Shown piece after piece: positions 1-8,191 of a DNA stretch of 64,000 nucleotides (its first letter is position 1; the number at the start of each line of letters is the position of its first letter). The notes below the pieces were generated by a model. It ran no database searches. It saw only the letters and a program-made list of their open reading frames with translations, and was not told the origin of the DNA. The stretch is taken from NCBI GenBank assembly GCA_964411425.1, contig CAYPKW010000002.1:45512-109511 (forward strand), given 5' to 3'. A program made the translations under genes and the position numbers. Origin of the DNA: an uncultured Rhodospirillaceae bacterium (lineage in GTDB: Bacteria > Pseudomonadota > Alphaproteobacteria > Dongiales > Dongiaceae).

Positions 1-1
1 T

Positions 2-835
2 GGCCGCACCTATCGGGCGCAGGACGACCTCCAGCTCTATTACCGTGAATACGGCGATGCGCGATCGAAGCGCACGCCGCTGCTGTGCCTCGCCGGTCTC
101 ACGCGCAACTGCCGCGATTACCACGCGCTCGCGCGCCGATTGTGCGGCGCGCGCCGGATCGTGTGCCCGGACTATCGCGGGCGCGGGCTCTCGGCGCGCG
201 ACGCGAACTGGCGCAACTACCAGCCTCACGTCTACGTCGAAGATATCCGGCACTTGATGGCCGTCGCCGACCTCTGCCGCGTGGTCGTCCTGGGCACTTC
301 GCTTGGCGGGCTGCTCGCCATGGCTCTCGCGGTGGCGCGGCCCGGCGCGATTGCCGGCGCGATCATCAACGACATCGGGCCGGACGTGGCCGGCACCGGG
401 CTCGGGCGCATTCGCGACTATATCGGCCGCGATCGTCCGCAGCGCGATTGGCCGGGCGCCGTCGCGGAGCTGAAACGGCTGTTCCCCAACATGGCCTACG
501 ACAGCGAAGCCAAGTGGCGCGGCTTCGCGGAGCGCACCTATCGGCGCGGCCGCGACGACCTGCTGCATTTCGACTGGGACGTGGCGTTGGTGCGCTCGCT
601 CGACCGGCCCGGCCGGCTGCCCGACCTTTGGCCCATGTTCCGCGCGCTCCGCCCACTGCCGGTGCTGGCTTTACGCGGCGAGCACTCCGACGTGCTGTCG
701 GCGGCGACCTTCGAGCGAATGGCGCGGGAACACCCGCGACTCGACACCGCCATCATTGCCGACGCGGGCCATGCACCCGAGCTGAACGAGCCGGAATCGG
801 TGCACGCGATCGATGGCTACCTTACCCAGGTCTGA
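2..835 (+). CDS. alpha/beta-fold hydrolase (5' end cut by window edge)
   Basis: Reading frame is open from base 2 (GRTYRAQDDLQLYYREYGD...). Ser-nucleophile elbow GTSLGG and C-terminal DAGHAPEL His region are present. ORF-track entry 140..835 is the internal-start version of the same frame. Confidence 0.8.
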   Translation, partial: GRTYRAQDDLQLYYREYGDARSKRTPLLCLAGLTRNCRDYHALARRLCGARRIVCPDYRGRGLSARDANWRNYQPHVYVEDIRHLMAVADLCRVVVLGTSLGGLLAMALAVARPGAIAGAIINDIGPDVAGTGLGRIRDYIGRDRPQRDWPGAVAELKRLFPNMAYDSEAKWRGFAERTYRRGRDDLLHFDWDVALVRSLDRPGRLPDLWPMFRALRPLPVLALRGEHSDVLSAATFERMAREHPRLDTAIIADAGHAPELNEPESVHAIDGYLTQV

Positions 836-1832
836 CGACGTGCCGCCGGCCATGCTGCCCGACGCGGCCGCGATCGCCGCCGCCGCCGAGCGCATCAGGG
901 GACGCGCGGTCGAGACGCCCCTCCTGGAATCGGCCGAGCTCAACGCGCGCTGTGGCGGGCGCCTACTGTTGAAGGCGGAGACATTGCAACGCACCGGCTC
1001 CTTCAAGTTCCGCGGCGCCTACAACAAGGTGGCACTCCTCGCCGCCGCCACACCGAGGCCCAACGCCATCATCGCCTACTCCTCGGGCAATCATGCCCAA
1101 GGCGTGGCGGCGGCGGCGGCGCTGGTCGGCATACCGGCGGCGATCGTCATGCCGTCGGACGCGCCGGCGATCAAGCTCGCCAATACCCGGGCGCTGGGAG
1201 CCGAAGTGGTGCTCTACGATCGCCGCCGCGAGAAGCGCGAGGAGGTAGCTGAAACCTTGCTGGCCGAACGCGGCGGCGCGCTGGTGCGTCCGTACGACGA
1301 TCCCGACGTGATCGCCGGCCAGGGCACCGTGGGCCGCGAGATGGCGGCGCAGGCCGCGGCGCGGGGCGCCGCCTTCGACAGCGTGCTGGTGCCGTGCGGC
1401 GGCGGCGGGCTGATCGCCGGCGTGGCGCTGGCGCTCGGCGCGGCGAGCCCGGCCGCCCGTGTCTATGCGGTCGAGCCGGAAGGCTTCGACGACACAGGGC
1501 GCTCGTTGGCGGCCGGCGAGCGCCTCGGCAATGCCGTCGGCGCGCTCACCTCGTGCGACGCGCTGATGGCGGCGACGCCGGGCCGGCTCACATTCGCCAT
1601 CAATCGCCGGCTGCTGGCGGGAGGCATCGCGGTCGGCGACGACGAGGTGGCCGCCGCCATGGCCTACGCGTTCCGCGTCCTCAAGCTGGTGATCGAGCCG
1701 GGCGGCGCCGTCGGTCTGGCCGCGGCGCTGGCGGGCAGGATCGACTGCCGCGGCCAAACCGTCGGCATCGTCTGTTCGGGCGCCAACGTGGACCCCGAGC
1801 GCTTCTGCCGCGCCATCAGAGAGGACCGTTAG
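813..1832 (+). CDS. PLP-dependent serine/threonine dehydratase (threonine ammonia-lyase family, no ACT regulatory domain)
   Basis: PLP-lysine motif SFKFRGA and glycine loop PCGGGGL. ATG 852 is an alternative start that would avoid the 23-nt overlap with the upstream gene. Confidence 0.85.
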   Translation: MATLPRSDDVPPAMLPDAAAIAAAAERIRGRAVETPLLESAELNARCGGRLLLKAETLQRTGSFKFRGAYNKVALLAAATPRPNAIIAYSSGNHAQGVAAAAALVGIPAAIVMPSDAPAIKLANTRALGAEVVLYDRRREKREEVAETLLAERGGALVRPYDDPDVIAGQGTVGREMAAQAAARGAAFDSVLVPCGGGGLIAGVALALGAASPAARVYAVEPEGFDDTGRSLAAGERLGNAVGALTSCDALMAATPGRLTFAINRRLLAGGIAVGDDEVAAAMAYAFRVLKLVIEPGGAVGLAAALAGRIDCRGQTVGIVCSGANVDPERFCRAIREDR

Positions 1833-1860
1833 GCGCCGAGCACCGCTTCCGGACGAGCCT

Positions 1861-2129
1861 AGAGCCTATCTCGGCCAGATGGGATCGCTCTGCCAGAGCG
1901 ATTTTCGGCAAGGGCCAGAAAGGGGCCGCAGGGCATAGCGAGCTACGGCCAAGGCCCCTGACGCCGCCCTTGCCGAAAAGCGCCTGGCCCCGAAGGGGTT
2001 TGCCGGCGGCGGGCGCCCGCGGCGTCAGAGCGTTTGCCCGATGCCCGGCATCGGGCGGCGCGCTCTTCCTGGCGGGTCGCCGCGCCGCCGAGCAAACAGA
2101 GCCGGTTCCATCTGGCCGAGATAGGCTCT
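1861..2129. repeat. about 270-bp highly structured element bounded by perfect 22-bp inverted repeats (MITE-like or giant hairpin)
   Basis: AGAGCCTATCTCGGCCAGATGG at 1861..1882 is the exact reverse complement of 2108..2129. Nested internal palindromes include ATCGCTCTG-C-CAGAGCGAT, TTTTCGGCAAGGGC/GCCCTTGCCGAAAA and GCCCGATGCC-C-GGCATCGGGC. It fills the gap between two convergent genes. Confidence 0.7.
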
Positions 2130-2138
2130 GGGTCAGCG

Positions 2139-2606
2139 TTACTTGCGCCCGACGGTCTGCATGCCGGGGAGCGTCTGCACGCTTGCCAGCGGTGGCATCG
2201 TTACCGGCTGCGGCCCGGCCTTGTCCTTCACCAGCGCCATCTTCGGGTCGACGCCCTCGCTCCGCTTGATATCGCCTTCGACATAGGCGCCCGCCTCGAT
2301 CGACAGGGTCTGATGCATGATGTTCGACAGCACCCGGGCGGTCTTAGCGAGCGTCACGGTGGTCGCCTTCACCGTCCCGCCGGAGACGGTGCCGTAGATG
2401 CGTACCGTGTCCGCCGAAAGCGAGCCGCGCACCTCGGCGCCCTCGCCCACCGTGATGCTGCGGCTGTGAATGTCGCCTTCGACGATGCCATCCACCTGGA
2501 TGTCGCCGCTGCCGACGACGTCGCCGGTAATCCGCAGGTCAGCGCTGATAATCGTCGGTGCTTGATTCTTGGCCGGCGTCTTCGCTGCATCGGGAGGAGG
2601 GGCCAT
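2139..2606 (-). CDS. bactofilin (DUF583 beta-helical cytoskeletal protein), BacA-like
   Basis: Repetitive bactofilin core (ITGDVVGSGDIQVDGIVEGDIHSRSITVGEGAEVRGSLSADTVRIYGTVSGG...) with a Pro/Ala-rich N-terminal tail. Start taken at ATG 2606 (MAPPPDAAK), 7 nt after the stop of the M23 gene. The longer ORF start at 2675 would overlap that gene. Confidence 0.85.
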   Translation of the reverse strand: MAPPPDAAKTPAKNQAPTIISADLRITGDVVGSGDIQVDGIVEGDIHSRSITVGEGAEVRGSLSADTVRIYGTVSGGTVKATTVTLAKTARVLSNIMHQTLSIEAGAYVEGDIKRSEGVDPKMALVKDKAGPQPVTMPPLASVQTLPGMQTVGRK

Positions 2607-2613
2607 GGGTCTG

Positions 2614-4395
2614 CTAACCTTTGAAAACGTATCTGCCAGCCTTGAGGAACGGCATCGGATCGCGGGGTACGCCATCCACCAGGATTTCGAAGTGGATGTG
2701 CGGCCCGGTGCTGCGGCCCGAACTGCCGAGAAGCCCGATCTTCTGCCGGTAGTCGACCACTTGTCCAGCCTTTACCGAGATTGCCTTCATGTGGCCGTAG
2801 ACGGTGCGAATCCCGAGACCATGATCGATCGTCACCGTACGGCCGTAATTGCCGCGCCATCCGGCGAACACGACCTTGCCCGGCGCCGTGCTCAAAATCG
2901 GCGTGCCGGCCGCGGCCGACAAATCGAGGCCCTCATGCACGCCCAGCCGACCGTTGAACGGGTCCTTGCGCTTACCGAACAGGCTGCTGATCGAATAATG
3001 GTCGATGGGCGCCGTCAGCGGCAACGAGCGCAGCACGAACTGCAGGCGCTCCCAACGCTCGACTTCGTCGTCGAGGCTGGCGACGCTGGCCAGCATGAGT
3101 TGCGAGAGCCCGCCCTCGGCCGCCAGAGCCGCCGGCACGAACGGACCGCCCCGGCCGGGCAGCTCGTCGGCGGCGCGGCCCAGCAGTTTGTCGACCTCGA
3201 GCCCGGTCATGGCCACCGTCTTCTCGATCAGATTGACGCCGTCGCGCGTGCGCTCGACGATGCTTTGAACGAAGTCGTCCTGCGCGCTCTCGATCACCGT
3301 CAGTCGCTCCTCGAGCTCGCCGACGCGGCCGTTCAATTCCGTGCGCGCCGCGTGCAGGGCATTGCGCTGGCCGATGACCGCGGCCAGCGCTTGCTGCGCC
3401 GCTTCGCCCTCCTGTTCCAATGTCTTCTTGTCGCCGCGGACGGCTTCCAGCTCGACGGTGAGCTGGGCCACCTGCTGTTCGAGCTGCGACTTGTCGCCGC
3501 CGACCGCGTCGAGCTGCTGCGACAGCGTCTCGGCACGCTGCTCGAGATTGGCGCGCACGTCGCGCGTGGTGTCGAGCTGGCGGCCTAGGCTGGCGATCTG
3601 GTCGTTCAGCCGCGCCTGGTTGGCAATGAAAGTGCCCTCGCTGCGCTCGGCATCGGCGAGGCGCTCGCGCAGGCTCACCAAGGTCATGGCCAGGCTGCCG
3701 TGCTGATTCGAGGCATTGTCGAGACGGCCCTGCACGTCCTCCAGTTGGCCGGCGATGCGACGGCGCATCTCGACGACACGATCGGCCTCGTCCTCCGACA
3801 GGCGAAGGCGCTCCTTCAGCTCGGCAAGGTTGCCCGTGAGCGCCTGCTCGGAAGTCTTCAGCTTATTCTTGAATTCGGCCGGGTCGGCGTTCGTCTGCCC
3901 GCTGAGGTCGAGCAGCCTGCGCAGCCCCGCCTCGTACGCCAGCGTGCCGTCGACCGACGGCGCCGTCGGATCCGACTGGATCAGCTTGCGCAGCGGGTTG
4001 GACTCCTGACGCCCGGCGGCGTCGCCGAACAGGCCCAACACGTCCGACTGCTTCTCGCCCAAGCCATCGGCCAGCCGGGCAAACTGGTCGTAGTAGTCGG
4101 CCAACTCGTTCAGCATTCCGATGTACGCCGTCTTCGCCTGATCCCGTTCGGCGTCGAGCGCGACGAGGCGGTGATCCTCGAGGATGACGCCCACCGAGGA
4201 GAAGGCCACCCAACCGACGGCGCCGACCATAGCACCGGCGAGCGCCACCTGCAGGCGCGGGGTCAAGGTGAGATAGCGAACCCGGCCTTCGGAGCGGATG
4301 AGGATTTCCCGCGCGGCGAAGACCCTTTGGACAAGACCGGACATGGTTCCCCACGTCTTCCGGATTGTCATGCTTCGCCGTCTCCCCCGTTGCAC
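2614..4395 (-). CDS. membrane-anchored coiled-coil M23 (LytM-type) metallopeptidase, LmdC-like
   Basis: N-terminal tail, one TM segment (LQVALAGAMVGAVGWVAFSSVGVIL), about 330 aa of heptad-like Q/E/L/R-rich sequence, then a C-terminal M23 domain. Metal ligands appear intact (HEGLD and GPHIHFE). Start is uncertain (4395, 4371 or 4344). Confidence 0.85.
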   Translation of the reverse strand: MQRGRRRSMTIRKTWGTMSGLVQRVFAAREILIRSEGRVRYLTLTPRLQVALAGAMVGAVGWVAFSSVGVILEDHRLVALDAERDQAKTAYIGMLNELADYYDQFARLADGLGEKQSDVLGLFGDAAGRQESNPLRKLIQSDPTAPSVDGTLAYEAGLRRLLDLSGQTNADPAEFKNKLKTSEQALTGNLAELKERLRLSEDEADRVVEMRRRIAGQLEDVQGRLDNASNQHGSLAMTLVSLRERLADAERSEGTFIANQARLNDQIASLGRQLDTTRDVRANLEQRAETLSQQLDAVGGDKSQLEQQVAQLTVELEAVRGDKKTLEQEGEAAQQALAAVIGQRNALHAARTELNGRVGELEERLTVIESAQDDFVQSIVERTRDGVNLIEKTVAMTGLEVDKLLGRAADELPGRGGPFVPAALAAEGGLSQLMLASVASLDDEVERWERLQFVLRSLPLTAPIDHYSISSLFGKRKDPFNGRLGVHEGLDLSAAAGTPILSTAPGKVVFAGWRGNYGRTVTIDHGLGIRTVYGHMKAISVKAGQVVDYRQKIGLLGSSGRSTGPHIHFEILVDGVPRDPMPFLKAGRYVFKG

Positions 4396-4583
4396 TGGCC
4401 TCGACGCTATCGGCCGAGACGCCGCCTCGATGACGCTAAGCTACCTGCGGCCGGTCGCGGTCGTATAAACGAACTTCCCTTTTCGATGCCACCCTGGCTT
4501 GCATCGTCGGGTCAATGCAGCCGTCGCCGTGCGGCGCCGGCCCGAGAGATCGACGGTAGCCGCACTACCGCCGACATGCAAGC

Positions 4584-4617
4584 CAAAATGCTCGTTACAA
4601 CTCAGTCGGTTAACGAG
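4584..4617 (-). terminator. candidate intrinsic terminator downstream of cysNC
   Basis: On the minus strand CTCGTTAAC-CGACTGAG-TTGTAACGAG is followed by CATTTT. It begins 10 nt after the cysNC stop codon. Confidence 0.35.
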
Positions 4618-4627
4618 TGGGATCTGG

Positions 4628-6544
4628 TCAGCGGCCGCCACTCTGTCCGAGGCCGCCGGGCGCCGCGAAGGTGCGCTCGATGTAGGCGACGATGCGCGCC
4701 ACGCACTCGGCCACCGACGAATGCGCGGTATCGACCGCCAGTTCGGGCGCTTCGGGTGCCTCATAAGGGGCCGATACGCCGGTGAACTCCGCGATCTCCC
4801 CGCGGCGCGCCTTCTTGTACAGGCCCTTGGGGTCGCGCCGCTCGCAGGTCTCCAAGTCGGCTTCCACGTAGACTTCGTGAAACAGGTCCTGGGCCGCTTC
4901 CCGGGCGCGCCGGCGGTCGGCACGGTAGGGCGAGATGAACGCGGTTATCGCGATCATGCCGGCGCCGGCGAACAGCGCGGCCACCTCGCCCACCCGGCGG
5001 ATGTTCTCGGCCCGATCGTCGGGCGAGAACCCGAGATTGGCGTTGAGCCCGTGGCGGACGTTGTCGCCGTCGAGCACGTAGACCTGGAAGCCGCGCCGGA
5101 ACAGCTCCTGCTCGACCGCCATGGCGAGGGTCGACTTGCCGGCGCCCGACAGGCCGGTGAACCACAGGACGCCGCCACGGTGGCCGTTGCGGGCGTTGCG
5201 CGCCTCGAACGTCACGCGATGCTCGACCCAGTGCAGGTTGCTCGAACGCACCGTTACCTGCTCGCGCTGGTCGGGATAGCCCTGCATGTTGATGAGGCCG
5301 CCGGCCACGATGTTGTGGCCATCCGTCAGCACGAAGCGCCCGGTGCGCGGCATGACGTGGCCCTCGTCGAGGGCGAGCAACGGGCGGGCGCGCAACACCA
5401 CGTCGGCCACGCCGTTGTGCGGCACCTCGCTGGCGGGCCGTCCGACGAGCGCGTCGGCGTCGAACGCCCGCTCGATCTCCTGGACCTCGACCGACGTCTC
5501 GCGCGTCAGCACCCGCAGCCGGTACTCCTGGCCGACCTTGAGCGGCGCCCGGCCCAGCCAGAACAGCCGGCCGCGGAACACATTGGTTTCGATCGGCGGA
5601 TGATCCTCGCGGCTCGCCAACTCGCCGCGCTCGACGAACAAAGGCTCGTCGAGGGTAATGCCGATCGACTGCCCGGCGCCGGCCTCGACGAGCGGCTGCG
5701 GCCGGTTCCACGACTCGATGCTGGCGACCCGCGCCGACTTGTTGGAGGGCGAGAACATGAGGCGGTCGCCGACGCCGAGCCGCCCGCTCTCGACGCGCCC
5801 CACCAGGATGCGCCGCTCGTCGAACTTGTAGACGTCCTGGATGGGAAGGCGCAGCGGCAAGTCCGTGGGCCGCGGCGCGGCGCGGAACCCGTCGAGCGCC
5901 TCGATGACGGTCGGCCCGTCGTACCAGCCCATGGCCGCCGAGCGATGCACGATGTTGTCGCCCTCGCGCGCCGACACCGGAATGAAATGGTCGGCGTCGA
6001 CGCCGATCCCCGCCAGGTACTTCGCGTAGGCGCCGCGGATGTCGTCGAAGCGCGCGGCGGAATGGCCCACCAAATCCATCTTGTTGACCACGACGGCGAT
6101 CTGGCGGATGCCGAGCAGATGCAAGAGGAAGCCGTGCACGCGCGACTGCTGCTGCACGCCCTGTCCCGCGTCGATCAACAGCAGCGCGGCCTCGGCGCTC
6201 GACGCGCCGGTGATCATGTTCTTGAGGAACTCGCGGTGGCCGGGCGCGTCGATGACGACGTAGTCGCGGGCCGCGGTGCGAAACCAGATCTGCGCGGTGT
6301 CGATGGTGATGCCCTGGTCGCGCTCGGCCTGGAAAGCGTCCATCAGGAAGGCCCATTCGAACGGCATGCCGCGCCGATCGCACATGGCCTGGATCGCCTC
6401 GAGCTTGCCGTCGGGCAGCGAGCCGGTGTCGTGGAACAGGCGGCCGACGAGCGTCGACTTGCCGTGGTCGACGTGACCCACGATGACGAGGCGCAGCGGC
6501 TCGCGCGGGCGGACCGCGACCGACAGCTCGACGGGGCGCGTCAT
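4628..6544 (-). CDS. cysNC: bifunctional sulfate adenylyltransferase subunit 1 / adenylylsulfate kinase
   Basis: N-terminal translational-GTPase domain (GHVDHGKSTL, DAPGH, NKMD). C-terminal APS kinase has P-loop GLSGAGKST. Start ATG 6544 overlaps the cysD stop by 1 nt (TGATG). The longer ORF to 6895 is an artefact. Confidence 0.9.
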   Translation of the reverse strand: MTRPVELSVAVRPREPLRLVIVGHVDHGKSTLVGRLFHDTGSLPDGKLEAIQAMCDRRGMPFEWAFLMDAFQAERDQGITIDTAQIWFRTAARDYVVIDAPGHREFLKNMITGASSAEAALLLIDAGQGVQQQSRVHGFLLHLLGIRQIAVVVNKMDLVGHSAARFDDIRGAYAKYLAGIGVDADHFIPVSAREGDNIVHRSAAMGWYDGPTVIEALDGFRAAPRPTDLPLRLPIQDVYKFDERRILVGRVESGRLGVGDRLMFSPSNKSARVASIESWNRPQPLVEAGAGQSIGITLDEPLFVERGELASREDHPPIETNVFRGRLFWLGRAPLKVGQEYRLRVLTRETSVEVQEIERAFDADALVGRPASEVPHNGVADVVLRARPLLALDEGHVMPRTGRFVLTDGHNIVAGGLINMQGYPDQREQVTVRSSNLHWVEHRVTFEARNARNGHRGGVLWFTGLSGAGKSTLAMAVEQELFRRGFQVYVLDGDNVRHGLNANLGFSPDDRAENIRRVGEVAALFAGAGMIAITAFISPYRADRRRAREAAQDLFHEVYVEADLETCERRDPKGLYKKARRGEIAEFTGVSAPYEAPEAPELAVDTAHSSVAECVARIVAYIERTFAAPGGLGQSGGR

Positions 6545-7338
6545 CACATGTACCCCGCCGCGCGCAGGCGCTCGAAGGCGTCCTCGGTCTCGCGGTCCAT
6601 GGCGCGCCCGGCGCGCTCCGGCGTGCGCGTCGATTCGAGCTCGGCGAGGATCTGCTCCAGGGTGGCGGCCTCGCTCGGCACCGGAAACGTTATGTCCATG
6701 TCGCCCAGCGAACGATACCGCTTGCCGTTCCTGGCGAAGTAGAGATCGACCACCGGAACGCCCTCGCGCTGCACGTAACGCCAGACGTCGAGCTCGGTCC
6801 AGTGCAGTAGCGGATGCACGCGCAGGTGCGTTCCCGCCGGCAGGTCGGTGTTGAAGTGGTCCCAGAACTCGGGCGGCTGGTCGCGGAAATCCCACTGGCC
6901 CGCGTCACCGCGCGGGCTGAAGACGCGCTCCTTGGCGCGGACGCTCTCCTCGTCGCGCCGGATGCCGGCGATGATGCCGGTGAACTTGTGCTTGGCGATC
7001 GCGGCCTTGAGCCCCCCCGTCTTGCGCGCCGCCGAGCGCGCATTGGGCGGCAGGGTCGGATCGACGGCCTCGACCGGCGGGCACGGCTCGACGACAAGGT
7101 TGAGGCCCCATTCCCCCGCGCAGCGATCGCGCAGCGCGTACATCTCCGGGAACTTCTTGCCGGTGTCGATGTGCATGACCGGGAACGGCACGCGCCCGAA
7201 GAACGCCTTCAGCCCGAGCCAGACCATGACATTGCTGTCCTTGCCCAACGACCACAGCATGGCCAGCCGCTCGACGCGGCTGAACGCCTCGCGCAAGATG
7301 TAGACGCTCTGCGATTCGAGCTGGTCGAGATGATCCAT
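6544..7338 (-). CDS. cysD: sulfate adenylyltransferase subunit 2
   Basis: PAPS-reductase/ATP-sulfurylase small-subunit pattern (SLGKDSNVM PP-loop variant, ...ARKTGGLKAAI..., RAGRAMDRE). Start taken at MDHLDQLESQS (7338). Confidence 0.9.
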   Translation of the reverse strand: MDHLDQLESQSVYILREAFSRVERLAMLWSLGKDSNVMVWLGLKAFFGRVPFPVMHIDTGKKFPEMYALRDRCAGEWGLNLVVEPCPPVEAVDPTLPPNARSAARKTGGLKAAIAKHKFTGIIAGIRRDEESVRAKERVFSPRGDAGQWDFRDQPPEFWDHFNTDLPAGTHLRVHPLLHWTELDVWRYVQREGVPVVDLYFARNGKRYRSLGDMDITFPVPSEAATLEQILAELESTRTPERAGRAMDRETEDAFERLRAAGYM

Positions 7339-7397
7339 CGAGCGAGGCGCCTGATTTGCCGGGCGGCTGCGGCGTTTACCCGCTTCGCGGCGGAAAA

Positions 7398-7763
7398 TCA
7401 ACCGCCTCGCCCGGGCGGGGGCCGGCGCCATTCAAGCACGGCGAGAAGGCAGCCGGTGTCGGTGCGCGAGTTGTGCCGGGTGCCTGGGCTGTAGCTCACG
7501 AAGTCGCCTGTGCGGAACACCGTGCCGTCGTCGTCGATGAGCTCGCCTTCGAGGACGACGAAATCCTCCATGCCCGCATGGTCGTGGGCGATGGTGACGG
7601 CGCCCGGCTGCATGCGCATGAGATAGCAGCCGTTGCCGGCGGCCCTGTCGTAGCTCACCGGCAGCCAGCCGATCTCCGGCTGCAGCGGACCTTCGAGGTC
7701 GTAGGGCAGGAACGCGGTCGAATCGGCTCTCACCACCTTCCGCCCCGCCACTTTCCTCTCCAT
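7398..7763 (-). CDS. stand-alone cupin protein resembling the C-terminal cupin of ChrR-type anti-sigma factors
   Basis: Cupin motif HDHAGMEDFVVLEGELIDDDG...GDFVSYSPGTRH. It is only 121 aa and has no N-terminal zinc-binding anti-sigma (ZAS) domain. It is divergent from the bufferin-type operon. Confidence 0.6.
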   Translation of the reverse strand: MERKVAGRKVVRADSTAFLPYDLEGPLQPEIGWLPVSYDRAAGNGCYLMRMQPGAVTIAHDHAGMEDFVVLEGELIDDDGTVFRTGDFVSYSPGTRHNSRTDTGCLLAVLEWRRPPPGRGG

Positions 7764-7888
7764 CCCATGACCCCCGTCGGCTGCCCAAGCTCACGCCATC
7801 ATCACGCAGGAGTGATTATGCTCGCATCGAAATCTTGTCGAGTATGGCGGTGCGTGAATCGATGCCCCCCAACGAATGAGGTAATCAG

Positions 7889-8191
7889 ATGAACCGCATG
7901 CATGTAAGCGCTGCGCTGGCCACGGCCGTCACCCTCGCATTGGCAATGCCGAGCGGGCCGGCCCGCGCGGATGCCGCCATGGACGAGATGATGAAGCAGG
8001 GCGAGATGGACATGAAGGCCGGCAAGATCGAAAAATGTTACGGCGTAAACGTCGCGGGCAAGAACGACTGCCAGACCGCGACGGCCTCCTGTGCCGGCTC
8101 CGCGACGAAGGACTTCGACAAGTCCGCGTTCATCATCGTGCCGTCGGGTACCTGCGGGAAGATCGCCGGCGGCAGCCCGTCGCCGTCCTGA
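7889..8191 (+). CDS. bufA: DUF2282-type four-Cys secreted peptide precursor (BufA1-like), copy 1, with Met-rich N-terminal extension
   Basis: SD GAGG lies 7 nt upstream. Signal peptide MNRMHVSAALATAVTLALAMPSGPARA is followed by DAAMDEMMKQGEMDMKAGKI. The core is [24 protein letters not shown]...PSGTCGKIAGGS. Confidence 0.85.
   Translation: MNRMHVSAALATAVTLALAMPSGPARADAAMDEMMKQGEMDMKAGKIEKCYGVNVAGKNDCQTATASCAGSATKDFDKSAFIIVPSGTCGKIAGGSPSPS

Noticed and set aside
4499-6742. 747-aa ORF on the plus strand
   Set aside because: It runs antisense to cysNC, which has unambiguous GTPase and APS-kinase motifs. Its translation is Arg/Ala/Gly/Pro/Asp-rich low-complexity sequence typical of shadow ORFs in high-GC DNA, and it has no recognisable motif.
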